Source of the DNA: Antedon mediterranea
Taxonomy: Eukaryota > Animalia > Echinodermata
Direction of reading: 5' to 3'
NCBI RefSeq assembly: GCF_964355755.1
Contig: NC_092678.1
Span: 12,770,352-12,834,351, forward strand
Length of the DNA stretch: 64,000 nucleotides
Below, one piece after another: positions 1 to 13,081 of this stretch. The notes beneath the pieces are model-generated. The model searched no databases and was not told the origin of the DNA. It was given only the letters and a program-made list of their open reading frames with translations. Both the position numbers and the translations under genes were made by a program. Each line of letters begins with the position of its first letter. Position 1 is the stretch's first letter.

Positions 1-889
1 AAATGAAAATGAATTTCGGAAATTGTGGTTTAATCACCGACTTATTTAGCATTTATTTCAAAATAATACAATTCAACGTTTTGTTCAATATATTTATAAC
101 AGCAGCTACACATGTTTTGTCTAACTTTTTAAAATTATTAATTGATAATAGGCCTAGTAATAATTGATTATAATTGCTAGACTAATATTACCTTACCGGA
201 AGTACCTTCGTCGGGGACTTCCTCTGACGTTTGCATTGAACGCAAAAAAATGTTATCCTTATGGAAAAAATAGGCGGGATAAATACTGCTGTTTACTAAT
301 GTAGCTCGGTAGATATAAGTGTCATTTCCGGTGAATTATAATAGGTGCCATTTATCATGAATTTTACGTGCGAGAGTACTATTTCCGGCCACCCAGAGGT
401 GTCATTTAACAAAATTTGCTTCGCCACAGGCGAAGCACTTGGTTTCTATATGGCCCTAGACTCTTAGGCAACCCCCTTATAATAGTCCTGCGACCGCCCC
501 TGGATATGTTTAAATACTTGGTGCAAATGTCTCCCAAAAAATGTGATTATGCCCATATATGGAGACAATGATGTGATATCACTACCATATTTGGGCATAT
601 CACTACCATATTTGTTTTCTTAATCTAGTTTGATAGTGTAGACAGAGCTTAAGATATCACTAGGTTGAAACAAGGGTCACTTTGGGGAATCCCCCTTGTT
701 GCCAATGTAGAGTAGTGACTGCATGATTTCTGTACTCCATAGTGTGTGCTAAAACCTATTTCCTCATGAGCTATTAATAGTATACACCTCCTACTGAGGA
801 GAATGCATACCATGTGTGAAATACTAGTACAGCCACTGCTACAGTTACATTAAATAAAGAACAATAAAACAGAAAGTAAATAGACTGTG

Positions 890-1330
890 GGCTACCGTAA
901 CCCCCTCCCCCTCCCCCCTGGGGATTTTATGACCCATACATTTTTGGAAACCTCACACATATAGGTTTTCAAATCAGGTTGTCTGCACAGTGACATTGCG
1001 CAGTGGTGCGTATACCGATGAGGGCGCTTTTTCCAAAATGGCCGCCAAATTTAATAAAATATTATATATTGATAAAACAGTAATTTATATGCTAAAATTA
1101 ACTTGTTTTTTAATTGTTCTGTATGAAATAATGTGTGGTCAGGTCATGGTATATGTTTGTATTCCAAAAAGTCAATATAGAGGGCGCATTTCAAAATGGC
1201 CGCCGAAAATCATAAAACTTAACAAAATTGAAGTAATTACTAGAAATGATTATATAAACAATCAGAAAAATGTCAGAATGTCATTTTACCATTCAATAAT
1301 TTAACTGGTACTGACATTATTTGATTAAAC
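890..1330. mobile_element. Probable subterminal region of a DNA transposon, possibly the Academ relic
   Basis: Repeated caaaatggccgcc motif (about 1035 and 1192), each preceded by agggcgc; lies just upstream of the transposase relic. Confidence 0.35.
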
Positions 1331-1610
1331 TAATAAAATAATATTATTATTATTAAAATAATACAAAAACTTCTATCAAACAAATTAGTTGATGCGTGAC
1401 ATTCAACTTTAAACCAATCAGAACACAGATAGCAGTGTAGTAGTCTAGTTGATCAGTTGTATGAAACCAGTCTAGTCTATATAACATTGAACTAAATTAT
1501 TGAAGAAAATTGTGCTTTTTCAACAACAAAGTTAATTCATAGTAAGTATTACAAGCAATTTGCTCTCCTAGTACAGTACATGGTGCAAAATGTGGACTAG
1601 CCTAGGCCTA

Positions 1611-3338
1611 GGAGAATTTGGTAAAACTGCACAGTTCTGGCTTAACTATATGGATCGAGTTTGGCTTATCCTTCATTCAAAGACCAACTAAGGAAAACAA
1701 TTTTGATTTGCATTTAGCTAGCCTACAAAGAATGTGTAGTCTGTTTTTTAGCTACGACCACCAAAACTATGCTAGATATACAATGGTGTATTTCCTGTCT
1801 CTCCTAAACATATCAGAGACACATCCCGGAGCAGAGGAGCTTTTGCGACACAATGGTTTCAGTGTTAAACGATCACAAATTCCGATGTCGAGAAATGCTG
1901 TTGACATCACAATTGAACAAACTATCAACCGTCACGCAAAGTGCCATGGTGCAATCATAGGATTCAGCAGGAACTATTCGGCATATCATAGGTGGTGCAC
2001 GACAAGACACAGTAGGGCTGGTTACCAGCAAGCCACAATGGAAATGGCAGACATGGATAACATGGAATCGACTTCACACAAGGGCTTGAAGTCCTCACAC
2101 ATCATCAACAGTGAACAAGATACTTGCAAGGTTCTAGCAGCATTTCATAACTTTGTAAATCCTTTTGTTGTTGAAAACAAGAACGTCCTCTACTGTCTGT
2201 CATCAGGTGCACCAGTATCAGATGAGATCGAACATGATCTCCTCCAGGCTGATAATATTGGAAAACAGGCTTACGACAAATTTGTTACGCAACGACTTGT
2301 TGAAGGCACAGTAAGTTTTCATCATCCAATCAAGAAGTGTAAACTAAAGACATTTGTACAACTTGCCAAATCCTGTAAGATCTCGGGACAGTCAAAGAAG
2401 ACCAAAGAAGTAAAAGCTGAAAGAAATGTAATTGGTCAGCTTTTAGTTTTAGCAATGAAGCATGACATTAGTATGGAGAGGGTGCTTAGTTTCTCATTGG
2501 GCCCTGTTCCATGGGTACTTGCAACGGCTGATGGTGTTCCAGTGAAGACAGACAAGGCAAAGCTTATGCATGCATTGGTAGGCGAATCAAACACAATAGA
2601 AAGGCCGGCTGGAGAAACCACATATATTGTTGACGGAATGGCTCTGCTGCAAGCACAGATGGCTTTGCCTGATACATTTGGAGACCTGGCAGAGAGTATA
2701 TTTGGACAGCTTCCTAAGGTAAAACGTGTGGACTTTGTAACTGATACCTACCTCCCACTATCAATCAAAGGAATTGAAAGGGCTAGAAGAGGTTCTTCTA
2801 AATCCCATATAATTAAAGGAGTCAAGACTAAAGTGCCACGAGACTGGAAATCGTTTGACAATAAGATGACATTAACACATTTTCTACTAAGTGAATAGAA
2901 AAAGAATAAATATGCACCAAATCTTCATGGAAGAGAAGTTGTATTTGGCTATACGAATAAATGCATAAGTCTGAAGAGCAATGATGGCCGAGAAACTATG
3001 TCTGAGGAACTTACAGAAGTTATCTTCAACACAGGAAGAGGCTGATACGAAGTTGATTCTCCACTGTCTGCAAATTGCCAGAAATTCATCATCCAATTCT
3101 ACCATAATCATTCGATCTCCAGACACAGATGTCTTCATTCTTCTGCTTCATCACACCCAGGAACTGACTCAAACAATACTATTTGATACAGGTGTTGGCA
3201 ATAAAAGACGTCTTGTAGATGTGCATAAAGTCATAAGTGATGTGGGAAATGATGTGTCATGCCCTTCCCGCATTACATGCATTCAGTGGTTGTGACACAA
3301 CCAGTGAATTTGTTTGTAAGGGGAAACTACTACCTTTG
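1611..3338 (+). pseudogene. Decayed Academ-type (AcademX-like) transposase fragment with an XPG/PIN-like nuclease domain
   Basis: ORFs 1618-2898 and 2981-3295 join through frameshifts and a premature TAG (probably from TGG). Motifs: GKTAQFWLNYMD (other frame), YDHQNYARY, IVDGMALLQ, VDFVTDTY, QEEADTKLILH, SPDTDV, ALHAFSGCDTTS..KGK (other frame). Breaks off at a poly-G run near 3338. Family assignment is from recalled motifs. Confidence 0.7.
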
Positions 3339-3407
3339 GGGGGGGGGGGGAGGGTCCCGTGTTTGAGCCCACAGTCTAAAAGCATATTAGCATAATGTTT
3401 AACTCAC

Positions 3408-6400
3408 ATTGGCTGGTTGGTATCTGTGGCACATGTGATGATGGCGGAGAATAACAAGTCAATGTTTCTTCATTTTTTATTGCAGATGATTGAAAGTCAC
3501 CAAATTTACAATTATAATTTTCGTTGATGTTTAAAGGAGGAAGTTGCTCAACAGTTAGAGAAATCTATGAATAAAAACATTTAAGGTATCTGTTTATTGG
3601 AGTTGCATACATATTAAAACTTGTTATTAAATAATTGTATAATTCCCATTGTTAAAAAGCATCACAAGCCAGATGTACACTGGATCTCCAGCCAGTTTTG
3701 AGTCCAGAACTACTATGGCTGAGGATAGGCTTGAACCCTAATATACTGTAGATGTGCCGATAATATGATATAGCTTGTACTGGTACCCCTGCCTTAGTAG
3801 TGCTTAAATTCTCCAGCTAATGGCATTATAAAATATTACAAGCCTAGAAAACAAATGTAATAAATTGTTTTTCACAACTCACGCTGATATTTTCAAAAGT
3901 TTGAGAAATAAAAGGTGGTTCAACACTTCTAATCTCTACGCATTGGGCACTGTTGCTTGGCAACCAGGGAGACTGTTGGCATTCTTTAAATCTGGTACAT
4001 CTAAATAATAAAAGACAAGTGTAAGTGCTATCTGCACTAAAGAAGATTTAAATTCTTTATTTGTATTCAGATTTTTCACACTGCTGCTTTAGCCAGCTAC
4101 GTCCCAAGAGGACTACTCATTCAGAAGCTGAAAGCAAGCAGCAGTTATAGTTCTAGAAGGCGACATTTTGGTTTTTTGTAAACTAGGACAGGTCATGCTA
4201 AAATTACAAATCCCAAAGCACGTCTGGGAGAGAGAGTCTATGAAAAAATTTAGATTATAATACAGTATTATATAGAAGCATGTAGACAGTAATCTGTAAA
4301 ATCTTGTTCAATAAATAATGAATTTGTTCTTGCTGTTAACCTAGGCCAGTATTATAGTAATTCACTGTCAAAATAATCAAAACATTATTTCTGGTATTCA
4401 CAATGAGTCCCATTTGACTGTCAATCTAGACTGATATTATTATACAGATATTGACTGCTTAGAGGTTAAATATAAGATTTGACATCCCCGAGGGAATTTA
4501 TGTTCGAGGGAATATATATTTCCCGAAGCGCCAGCTGAGGGAAATATAATTCCCAAGAACTTAATATCATTCCCGAGAGGATGTCTAATCTTATATTTTA
4601 CCGATATAAAAGGCGATATCTGTTATATTACATAGCCAACAACAAGTAGAATATCTACTGGGTTGGGTAGCTAGGCCTAGTATGTAAACAAGATGCCCAG
4701 ACACCTTACCTTTCGAAGAATTATATACAGATATAAATTACTACTATAATTACGCGAAAAATACTCAGTCAATATCATTGTTCTCGAAAATATATACGAT
4801 TTACGATCCTCGCAGCGGTAGTCATGTGATGCAGTTTCAACCAATCACGTTCGCGTATTTACATAGGCTATGTAATATAATACTGTAATTTGCTGTCAGT
4901 GTCAGATAGTCATTGAATTATTATCAAAACAGTCCATAGTAGTTTGTTTCACACTTGAAGTATCTAGGCTTGATGAAGTGACCCCCAGACTTAGCAATAA
5001 AATAAACTAAAATGACAGAAATTGAGTCTGTTTCATATCAAAGTAAAATTCTTGTTGTATTTTACTTCAAATACAAAAGTTATTCACTTCTGTAACAAAA
5101 AATAATATTTATTCACATATAAAAAGAGAAAAGAAATGTTTAACAATAACCCAAAAACCATTGTCTGACAGAGAATTTAAGTATTTTTTGCTTTGAATTA
5201 CAATTTTTTCAGGTAAATAATTGTTTGGTTAACATGAATAACTATTATGTGACAATAAAATGACATTCAAAAACAAATTTGAAATAAAAAATATTTTTCA
5301 GGGGGACAATATATCTTTAAAACTGTTACGTCAACAAGCGAGCAGCGTTTTTTTGTAAGAAATATTTCTTGTTTAAACTGTTTGTATTTAAAAAAAAAAG
5401 ATTTAATACAGTAAATAATTAAGCCTTTAGGAAGTACAGTAAACTCATTTATTTTCATAGTTTATTACTTTACAAAGAATATCTCAAAAAGTTAAAAAAA
5501 CACAAAATTTCATAACAGATTGTCAAATGCATTAGGAACAGACACTTTAGACAAAGCCCATACAAGTTAAAATAATATGTGGGATTGAAAAAACATAAGG
5601 AAAAAAAGAACTCTATTTACGTTTTGTATAGTGTACACCATCCACAATAAGGATCTGCATCTAGTTGACCTGGTCTGATACACTCATCACATGTGATAAA
5701 CCGACTGCAGTTTGCAACTTGTAGCTTGACCAACTAATAAAAGGCAATATGATAATTATAAAAAAATAAAGAAATATTATATAATCAACAACTAAAACAA
5801 TAAAAAGTAAAAGAAAACTCAAATTTACCATTACAATTTTTCTTAGGATACAATTGAATGATAATGTAAAAGTAATACAAATATTTTATAAACTGATTAA
5901 AAGTCTGAAGGGGTTTAAATTGAATTTAGAAAATCCCTTATATCTATAGGGTTAAAACCATTATGTAACAAATATTTAAAAAAATGAAGATAGGGCAGAA
6001 ACACAAAACTTATTACGTATTACGGAATGGACTTCAACAGGGACACAGACCCGAGGATGACCAGAGAGATGAGATGGCAGTATTTGATGGAAAATCTTGG
6101 ATGGGATAAGAGCTGCACAGGACAGGAAAGATAGATTGCCCTGCAGTGGGCTGACAATGGTTGGAATTGTGCTGATGATGATAGTCTTTATAAAAAAATA
6201 AATATAAACCAATTATTAAAATAAACTGACCTTTTTTGTTGTGAGTGCTACTATATAATTAGATTTTTTATCTAGAAATGTGTCTGATCTGACCTCTTGA
6301 CCTGTATCTATGGTGATAGTCTTGTACACTTTAGATGAGGTTTTGTTGGTTAACTCAGTCTGAAAAATTGGAAGAAAACTCAATTTTAAGACATAGTTCA

Positions 6401-8097
6401 TTTAAACATACAGTACTGTACTTCTACATTTAAGCAGTGTTAAACGCTAGCCTTATTAAATCAGTGACAGAATACTAGTTTAGTAGAACCTGTAAATAAA
6501 TGCTACTGACAAATACTGTATGCATGTCTCTGCATCACCAGTATTTTGGATTTTTTTAAATTGATAATTGATATTACTGTACAGTAGCTTTTATCTAAAG
6601 CATTGTCAAGTAATAATTTCAAACTAACCTTAATAAGTTGTCCATTATATGTTCCAATAATTGCTATTGTACGATTCTCTTCAATTGTTGTAGTAACTGA
6701 TGTCAGTATTGTATTATTAACTGTTAGCAACGCTTCTGATACTGCTGCTTCTGTGTAGATACCTTGTGAATAACGTCGATAGAGGTTTTTACCATCATTT
6801 AATGGACACATAAAATTCTGAACCTCAGTAGCAGTAAAACTTATAGTCTTCATTAAACAAAACAAAAAATTATATGTTAATTATTCTATTTCTGATAAAT
6901 GATAAATGATAAATTCAGAATTATATTAAAATCACATTTTTTTTGTCCAAAATATTTTATCTTTAGAAAATAAATCAGCATGACTAGTAGGTAGCCTAAA
7001 GCTTTACTAGTCATCGCTAAGAATAGATAAATGTTTGAAGATCATACTTGTGAACAATCAGCATCATCAGCATAGTCTAGAGTATAATCATCATTATCCA
7101 TGGTTATACATCCATTTAAAGCTTTGAAGAATGCATCTTCAATATCATTCCACTTGTAAATACACATTGCAGATGTTCCAGTGGCAACTCCACTTCCATC
7201 ACCTTTAGCAAACACTCCATACAGAACATTATCTCCAGCTTGTAGGCCTAGTGGGGAAGCTAACTCAGCTCCTACAGGACGCACAGACATGGCTTGTACC
7301 AAGTTGTAATCAACATTATTAACTGCACACTGAATGTAGATCTCAGATAATGTATGAAATGAATTTTCTTGACAAACACGACTCAGTCGCGAATGAAAGT
7401 AATCAGTATCATTCGGTCTAACTGCAACAAAGTAAGTATATCCACCGTAATCAAGTGCTGTTTTAAATTGTATAGGTTTAGTGTAAGATGGTGTGATAGC
7501 ATTGAAATTATTATTTGGCACTCCAAATATATCATCTGTTTCAAGTTGAATTCTAGAATAAATATACCTGTAAGAATACTCTACTGGATTTAATGATGTA
7601 TGCCCAGAAGAGACATATAAAACATTTCGTTTAATAAGATCATCTCTATCTCTAGTGCCATCACCCAACACACCAGGTGCAATGATTCCAACTGTTGACA
7701 GTTCACTCACTATTTCCTTGTCTACATCACTTTCGTATAATGTTACTAAATCCACAAGAGATCTTACTTCACATCTTCCATTGTTCCCTCCTCCACATAC
7801 AATCAATCTATCATGATCATAATCAATTTCTAATATTTTATTTATGTTATCACAATCATCTGATGAACATGTTGAAATATTAGCAATGATATTAAAATCT
7901 TCTGACAGTCTGTACAGTGTGTTGTAAGCTCCTATGTAGATATCTCCTGTTGTACTATGGATTTTGACATGGTACAGATCTTCATTTTCATGAGGTTTAA
8001 ATTCAAGTAAGACATTGTCGGATCCTTGGATGCTTTGCAGAAATGTTGTAGAATATAGCAGAAATGCAGAAAAGTTTAACAATGTTGAAAAACCCAT
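3408..8097 (-). CDS. Second plexin-like paralog, first six coding exons (Sema, PSI, start of IPT); remainder not found in this window
   Basis: Exons 8097-7048, 6847-6629, 6359-6231, 5733-5621, 4000-3883, 3564-3408. Exons 2-6 have exactly the lengths of their + strand counterparts (219, 129, 113, 118, 157 nt), intact GT-AG sites and no stops seen. No exon 7 homolog seen at 1-3400. Confidence 0.88.
4077..5371 (+). mobile_element. Helentron-like non-autonomous element (HINE/DINE type), copy 1, with a nested insertion
   Basis: Flanked by T runs (tttt|cac...cttg|ttt). Subterminal inverted repeat acactgctgctt / aagcgagcagcgt and a terminal palindrome aagaaatatttctt. Homologous in reverse to 22171-22762. 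Confidence 0.65.
4435..4882. mobile_element. Non-autonomous element with a long 5' hairpin and an internal/terminal inverted repeat
   Basis: Fold-back at 4445-4623 (aaatataagatttgacatc...gggaat / attccc...gatgtctaatcttatattt). ttatattacatagcc (about 4623) is inverted at the end as ggctatgtaatataa (about 4866). Absent from the sister element at 22171-22762. Confidence 0.6.
5985..6183 (+). mobile_element. 3' fragment of an RTE-like LINE in an intron of the - strand plexin paralog
   Basis: GC-richer insert absent from the paralogous intron. Decayed translation includes MRW...AQDR...ALQWADNG, followed by a (gat)n tail. Confidence 0.5.
7048..8097 (-). CDS. First coding exon of the - strand plexin-like paralog: signal peptide and Sema domain
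   Basis: 350 codons that align end to end with 28079-29113. Same upstream acceptor context (taag|gtaatgacgttct) at 8124-8126. Confidence 0.92.
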
Positions 8098-8291
8098 TAT
8101 TTAAAGGTCAGAGAACGTCATTACCTTATAAAAGAAAATAGAAAACACTACTTTAAAATAAGAAATACAATGAATCATTATTGATTAATTTTTACATGCC
8201 TATACTGAATAGCTAAAATTATTTAAAAAGCTAAAACTGCATTATAATAAGATTGATTTTTTGACAAGACCTGCAAGCATGGAAAAATATC

Positions 8292-10369
8292 GTATCTAGA
8301 CAACTACCCCCTGGACAATTACCACCCGGACAACTACCACCCGGACAATGACCCCCCTAGGACAACTACCAACCGGACAATTACCCCTTAGGACAACTAC
8401 CTTCTAGGACAACTGCCCCCTTAGGACAACTCCCACCCAGACAACTACCCCCTAGGACAACTACCCCCTAGGACAACTACCCTCTAGGACAACTACCCTC
8501 TAGGACAACTACCCTCCTAGGACAACTACCCTCCTAGGACAACTACCCTCCTAGGACAACTACCCTCTAGTCCAACTGCTATGCCCCTAGGACAGCAACA
8601 ACCTCTGAACAACCAAACCTATATCATGACACCTACATCTTAGGTTATAATTACGATCTTGTAAAACTTTACTGAACTTCAAAACATAGGGAGAGAGATT
8701 GATCTTAAATGAAAGCTTTTGAATTTTTTAATATGCGTATCGTCAGCAGTTATTTTACATTAAACGAGAATCGATCAAATTATTAAAACTAATTCCAATC
8801 TTGAAAAATAAATGGGTGGGCTTATTTTATTCTTGTGTGACTTGAATATGCCGTATAAATCGATGAACATACAGTTTACCTTGCTGCACCAGACAATCAA
8901 ACATTCTTTCATTTAAGATCAATCTCTCTCCCTATGTTTTGAAGTTCAGTAAAAGTTGTACAGTACAAGATTGTAATTATAACCTATGGTGTAGGTGTGG
9001 TTGTTCAGAGAGTGTTGTTGTTCTAGAGGGGTAGTTGTCCTAGGGGCATAGCAGTTAGAGGGTAGTTGTAAGATAGTGGGACTGGAGCAGCCCCTTAATA
9101 TTGATAAAATTGGCCCGATTTTGTTCGCTCTTTTCTTTTTCAAAACAAATGTTTTACCATAAGAGCTTATGTCATGCTGTTTAATGACATTATGTACAGT
9201 ACGTTTACTACTACAAGTCCAGTAATAATGGAATATTGGTTTAGCTGTTACTACTTCATAGAATAACTTTAATTGATTTGTTTTTTACATTTTCTCCCCA
9301 CTCCTGAGAAAATAGGACAATATACGTTTTTAGAACCTAAAGAATAATTATATCCATAATGTGTTTATGACTTAAACATTCCTACTTATTTCATTTTATT
9401 CCAATTGTATTCTACAGCAAAGAACCTCCTAATTTTACTTTAGATAAAAAAAAAAAACCTACACTATTAATCAATTGATTACATTAGATGATTTGAAAAT
9501 AAATCTCTCTCTCTCCCCCCTTTTCACAGGTTCATACATTTCTTTAATAGAGTCCGTTCGGACGGAACAAAATTACACGTGTAATGGTCGCGTGTGGTGT
9601 AAATTTTAAGATAAACTTGCTGTTTAAAAAATTCACCTCATGAGGTGGATTTTTCAATTACACCTTAAACCGCAAGCCGATTAACCGCAAGATAAGGAGC
9701 AATTTGACCTTAATAGTGTAAAGAGATGCATGAAATATGACCCTGCTGGGTATTTTTTTTGTTAGTTTACACGTGTAAATTGTTCATCATCTGAACGATC
9801 ACTGATTACACATGTAAAGTTAAACATGTAACTGGTTTTACTGTACGTCCGAACACAGCCTTAGTCTTCCTATTATGAAAACTTAGCTAACTGCGCCTTT
9901 TGAGGAATAATAAATATCGCTACACTTATTACAAAATAGACTACAAATCTTAGGTACATACGTCGATATTTTAATAATTTCACGTCAAATATTGTTAACT
10001 GTATAATAGTGTGGTACAACGCCCTCGTAATCTCCTCTTCCCACACAATTTAATTTTACAATACAATTGGCACCAAAAGAAGCAGCTTGTTTGGTTACCA
10101 ATCGTAGTTTTCCGAAGCTGTAGTTGTCCTATGGGCCAATTGTAATTTTCCTAGTGGGTAGCTAGAGGGTATTTTTCCTAGGGGAAAATTGTCCTAGGAG
10201 GCAATTGTCCTAGAGGGTAGTTGTCCTAGGGGGTAGTTGTCCTAGGGGGTAGTTGTCCTAGGGGATAATTGTCCTAAGGGGGTAGTTGTCCTAGGAGGGT
10301 GATTGTCCAGGGGGTTATTGTCCGGGTGGTAGTTAAGTTGTCCAGGGAGGGCGTAGTTGTCCTAGACGC
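8292..10369. mobile_element. Fold-back element with inverted subterminal arrays of a 16-17 bp unit (ggacaactacccccta)
   Basis: Array at 8297-8600 and its inverted array (tagggggtagttgtcc) at about 10120-10365. A further inverted pair at 8560-8715 / 8905-9070. Confidence 0.8.
9549..9861. mobile_element. Harbinger-like MITE nested in the fold-back element
   Basis: Ends agagtccgttcggacg / cgtccgaacacagcct; internal inverted ttacacgtgtaa motifs. Confidence 0.55.
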
Positions 10370-10620
10370 CAGGATTACATGCTGCACAGATAGTTAAGTA
10401 TGTATAGTATCAGTAAAGTATCAGTTTTGTCTAATACCCTTGCCAAACACATTGGACGTTTGTGCTCAACATTAAATATTAGGCATAGGTACAGTAGCAC
10501 AGGCTAGCCTCTAGGGACAACAGGCTAGTTAGGCTTAGCTAGGCTAAGCCAAGGCCTTAGCAAGTCTAGGTACCGTAGTAGGCCTAGCATAGTAGCCTAG
10601 GTGCGCCTACCCTAGTAGTA

Positions 10621-13081
10621 GGGTTGTCAGACAATCGGGACCACGGGTGATCGGGTCCAGAAAATGTGGCCTCGATCGTATTCAGCGTTGGGTCCGATCG
10701 TCTCATGTGTAAAGAACCATTTCGGTCCCGATCATCTCATTTGCTGGGCTCGACCGTCTTAGCGCAAGGCCCGATAGTCTTGTGTTCGATAAAATTGATC
10801 GCGTTTTATTTTGGTTCAGATAAAATCGGGTATCGGTATGGAGCGCCGGTGATATGCTTTTGCGGTTGTAATTAGTTCTGATCAATATTTGTTAGGTATA
10901 ACTTAAGGGATGAATGTTTATTTAGGCCTAATAATATATAAATGTCTGTTTTCAATTTATTTTACAGGTGGTTGCAAGAAGTTTTTGAATATGTGCTCTT
11001 TGAAAATCATTGTAAAAATGTTATTTCTGAAAAAAAAAAAGAAAAATGAATAGTTAAAATAGTTTATAATTAGTAATAGAGTATTTATTACCAATGAGAT
11101 GTTCTTTCTATGCCTACAATACAAGTGGATATATACTAGACTTGTTTTAAGGTTGGCCTTATAAACCAATCTGTTGATTGAGGAATGAATCTACCGTAGC
11201 GTATTGACAAGACAATATGGATAGAAGAATAATAAAAAGGTGGGCGATTTACCCACAAAAGTGTACATGCAGAAATTAATCATAAACGGCATTACCATTA
11301 TGCATAAGACGCAGAATTTTTTGTATTTGCTTTTTATTTTACTGCAATTACAATGATAGAGAACATAATTACATAAGTATCATAATCAAACTGTTTCCAT
11401 TTTTGGTAGGCAACTGTTACCGCTTTAATGTTTAGTTCGTAACACGCTATGTTTTATTTTAAGGGGAATCCCCGGATTGTGTCACGGTCAACAAAATCAC
11501 GTGGTGAAGAACAACAGGCGCACAGGAAGGTTTACTCATCTCATCAGCTCCTACCAAATTTATCCAACCATTGACGTTTATTATATTAAAATGATTACAA
11601 AAACATGAAAAATGAAGATTAATTATTATTCAGACTTTTAATATGTTATTTTGTAGTTTTAATAAAGGTAATCACTTGCGTAGAAAAAAAAAAACGAAAA
11701 AAAAAAATGTTTTCACTTATAAAATGACAAAATAAATGGCTAAATTCAACCAAAAACCCACTGGCTGGCACGCAGCCAATTTGACAATTTTTTTGCTTTA
11801 AATTACCACCGTGGCTAAAGATACGGTACCGTATCCTAACTTCCGTTTTCTATAGGTACGGTAAAATTGCATTATATGTCATAATCAGCCAATGAGGTGC
11901 TGGTACGTGTGTGACGTCATCGTATAAGGACTTTTTTTCATATCGTGTCTGTAGAGAATGCCTATCGGCGGCGCCAGGCTGCATGGATGTGTGCTCTGAT
12001 TCTGTGACTCAGCCCCGGGGCTAGACCTAGCAATGTTGAATCCAGAAGTTTAATAACGGGTGACAACATCGATGCTGTAGTAATAGAGCAAGTTCATGTG
12101 GTTGGTGGACGTTACAGTCTGGCACCGCTTTCCCTACAGAAACAAACTCATATAATTATAGTACGTACAGTAGTATGCCCCTTTTGAAACGGTTTTCTGT
12201 ATTCTAGAATTAAAATCAACATGGCTTTTCAATAATAACAGACGTAGACTAAATTTAGTTTTTGTCACACACGACCGCGATAATAGCAATAAATGAAGCA
12301 AAAAGAAAATATTAAAGCGGTTGATCACTGTAGATAAAACAAATTCAAAGTCCTTATACGATTACGACACACACGCTGATTATGACGTAATGCAATTTTA
12401 CCGTACCTTTAGCAAACAGAAGTTAGGATACGGTACCGTATCTTTAGCCACTGCGTTAAATTACAGTTTCTGAAGGTAAATACATTTTTTTCGATCCAAT
12501 TTTTGGTCAAAGTGGATAACTATTATGTTATTGTTACATTAAAATGGCATATTCAACAAAAATTTTGTTAAGAATTATTTTTTCAGGGGGACAATACATC
12601 TTTAATTAATTAGTATATTAAAATGATAAACAATCATATTTTTACAATAATGGTAATTTTGAAAAGCACATCCTCTCCTCCTCCTGTAATAAAGTAAAGA
12701 AAATAATTACAGTAGCATACTAAATACTCATTCATTGTCTAAAAATACCCAGACAGTAAAACAGTAGGCATACCTAAAATATAAAAACGATCACGAATTA
12801 TAATGATCACGAAGATGTATTTAGTGCGCCAAATACAAAATAGCGCGATGCAATAAAACCCAATCGATTTAAAAAAACACGATCGAATGATAAAAAATGC
12901 ATAGCTAGACCAAGTGGCGTGCGCAATAAAAAAATTGGTTTAATTGCAACCAAAATAAAACGGGCCTGAACGTTTGGTCCCGATCATCTCTGGTCCCGAT
13001 CCGATCGTCTTAAAACCATGTTGGGTCCGATCGTCGCACGCTTTGGGCCCGATAGTCCGTAGTCCAGATTGTCTGTTTCCC
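10621..13081. mobile_element. Non-autonomous TIR element with repeated gatcgggtcc / ggtcccgatc subterminal motifs
   Basis: Left end gggttgtcagacaatcgggaccacgg; right end ccgtagtccagattgtctgtttccc. Both flanks carry agtagta (possible 7 bp TSD, low complexity). Confidence 0.7.
11810..12605. mobile_element. Kolobok-like MITE remnant with inverted arms and one intact TTAA end
   Basis: 11810-11935 (gtggctaaagatacggtaccgtatcctaactt...cgtataaggacttt) is inverted at 12347-12451. Right end ggggacaatacatct|ttaa; left end not found. Confidence 0.6.

Noticed and set aside
480-660. Transposon end fragments (cgaccgcccctg at about 502; tagtttgatagtgtagacagagc shared with 27090-27160)
   Set aside because: Only single ends are visible and the partners are missing or outside the window, so no element boundaries can be supported.
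990-1304. 104 aa ORF upstream of the transposase relic
   Set aside because: Non-ATG start, no motifs, and it overlaps repeat-like subterminal sequence.
7042-8097. Stand-alone secreted semaphorin-like single-exon genes (also 28079-29119)
   Set aside because: The ORF stop lies just past a GT donor, and downstream exons continue in phase into PSI and IPT domains.
8297-8600. Short-unit array resembling CRISPR or telomeric repeats
   Set aside because: Contiguous 16-17 bp units with an inverted partner array; a transposon subterminal repeat.
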